Shown: positions 63,599 to 64,000 of the stretch, piece by piece | Layout: each line of letters begins with the position of its first letter | How positions within the stretch are numbered: the first letter of the stretch is position 1 | Source of the DNA: an uncultured Phycisphaerae bacterium | GTDB taxonomy: Bacteria > Planctomycetota > Phycisphaerae > UBA1845 > Fen-1342 | NCBI GenBank assembly: GCA_937928595.1 | Contig: CALGJV010000017.1 | Coordinates: forward strand, 64,744-128,743 | DNA: 64,000 nt | Reading direction: 5' to 3' | Notes under the pieces: model-generated | Told to the model about the DNA's origin: nothing | Seen by the model: only the letters and a program-made list of their open reading frames with translations | The model's database searches: none | Translations under genes and position numbers: made by a program

Positions 63599-64000
63599 TC
63601 AATCTTGCTCGGGCACGATCCGCTCGAGGCCGCCCATGTAGGGCCGCAACGCCGGGGGCACCGACACGCTGCCGTCGGCGTTCTGGTTGAGTTCCAGCAG
63701 CGGAATCAGGATGCGGGGGCTGGCGATCACAGTGTTGTTGAGCGTGTGACAGAACTCGGGCTTGCCCGTGTCGCCGCGGCGATAGCGCAGGTTCAGGCGG
63801 CGGGCCTGGAAGTCGTGAAAGCGGCTGGCGCTGTGCGTCTCGCCGTATGCGTCGCGGCTCGGCATCCACGTTTCGATATCGAACATCCGGACCTTCCCCT
63901 GGCCCATGTCGCCCGTGCAGACCTCCATCACGCGGTATGGCAGCTCCAGCGTCTGAAGCACCGCCTCCGCGTTCGCGATGATCGCCTCGTGCCACTTGGC
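63599..64000 (-). CDS. serS: Serine--tRNA ligase, C-terminal part (continues beyond window end)
   Basis: LELPYRV...CTGDMG...K.DIE.WMP......E..S.S...DFQARRL..RY...G....HTLN...IA..R.L.PLLE.NQ..DG.V.VP..L is the class II SerS catalytic core. The frame is open to position 64000. Confidence 0.9.
   Translation of the reverse strand, partial: AKWHEAIIANAEAVLQTLELPYRVMEVCTGDMGQGKVRMFDIETWMPSRDAYGETHSASRFHDFQARRLNLRYRRGDTGKPEFCHTLNNTVIASPRILIPLLELNQNADGSVSVPPALRPYMGGLERIVPEQD

Overview
Very GC-rich bacterial chromosomal segment (by eye about 70% G+C, not computed), densely coded on both strands and mostly housekeeping. I support about 58 CDS, 2 tRNAs, 2 hairpin terminators and 2 promoter candidates. 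I saw no rRNA, CRISPR array, transposase, integrase or prophage genes. Domain content suggests a Planctomycetota/Phycisphaerae-like organism (FG-GAP plus dockerin-like repeats, an oversized multi-PDZ RseP, many signal-peptide or lipoprotein orphans, an isolated rpmA), but this is a low-confidence guess. Main items: (1) a tRNA-Sec (anticodon UCA) at 4584-4679 that the ORF track cannot show, implying UGA recoding in this genome. (2) A tight 7-gene hdrC-hdrB-hdrA-mvhD-flxC-flxB-flxA-like cluster (10276-16991) with no hydrogenase or formate dehydrogenase partner. (3) A compact 6-gene minus-strand operon (20523-24617): membrane protein, 66-aa protein, B12-binding radical SAM, rhodanese, MauE-like protein and an MTH1187-like protein, with no known joint function. 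(4) A perfect consensus sigma70 promoter in front of a HEAT-repeat protein with an embedded degenerate receiver-like domain, followed by an orphan secreted protein and rpmA. (5) c-di-GMP components: an HD-GYP::PilZ fusion and a stand-alone PilZ. (6) A tandem pair of metzincin lipoproteins. (7) A POT peptide transporter with a roughly 150-aa internally repeated insertion in the TM9-TM10 loop. (8) A methylcitrate cluster holding two citrate-synthase paralogues. Many long ORFs in the six-frame track are antisense or out-of-frame artefacts of the GC-richness and were rejected. Start codons are best guesses. Nothing here was checked against databases.
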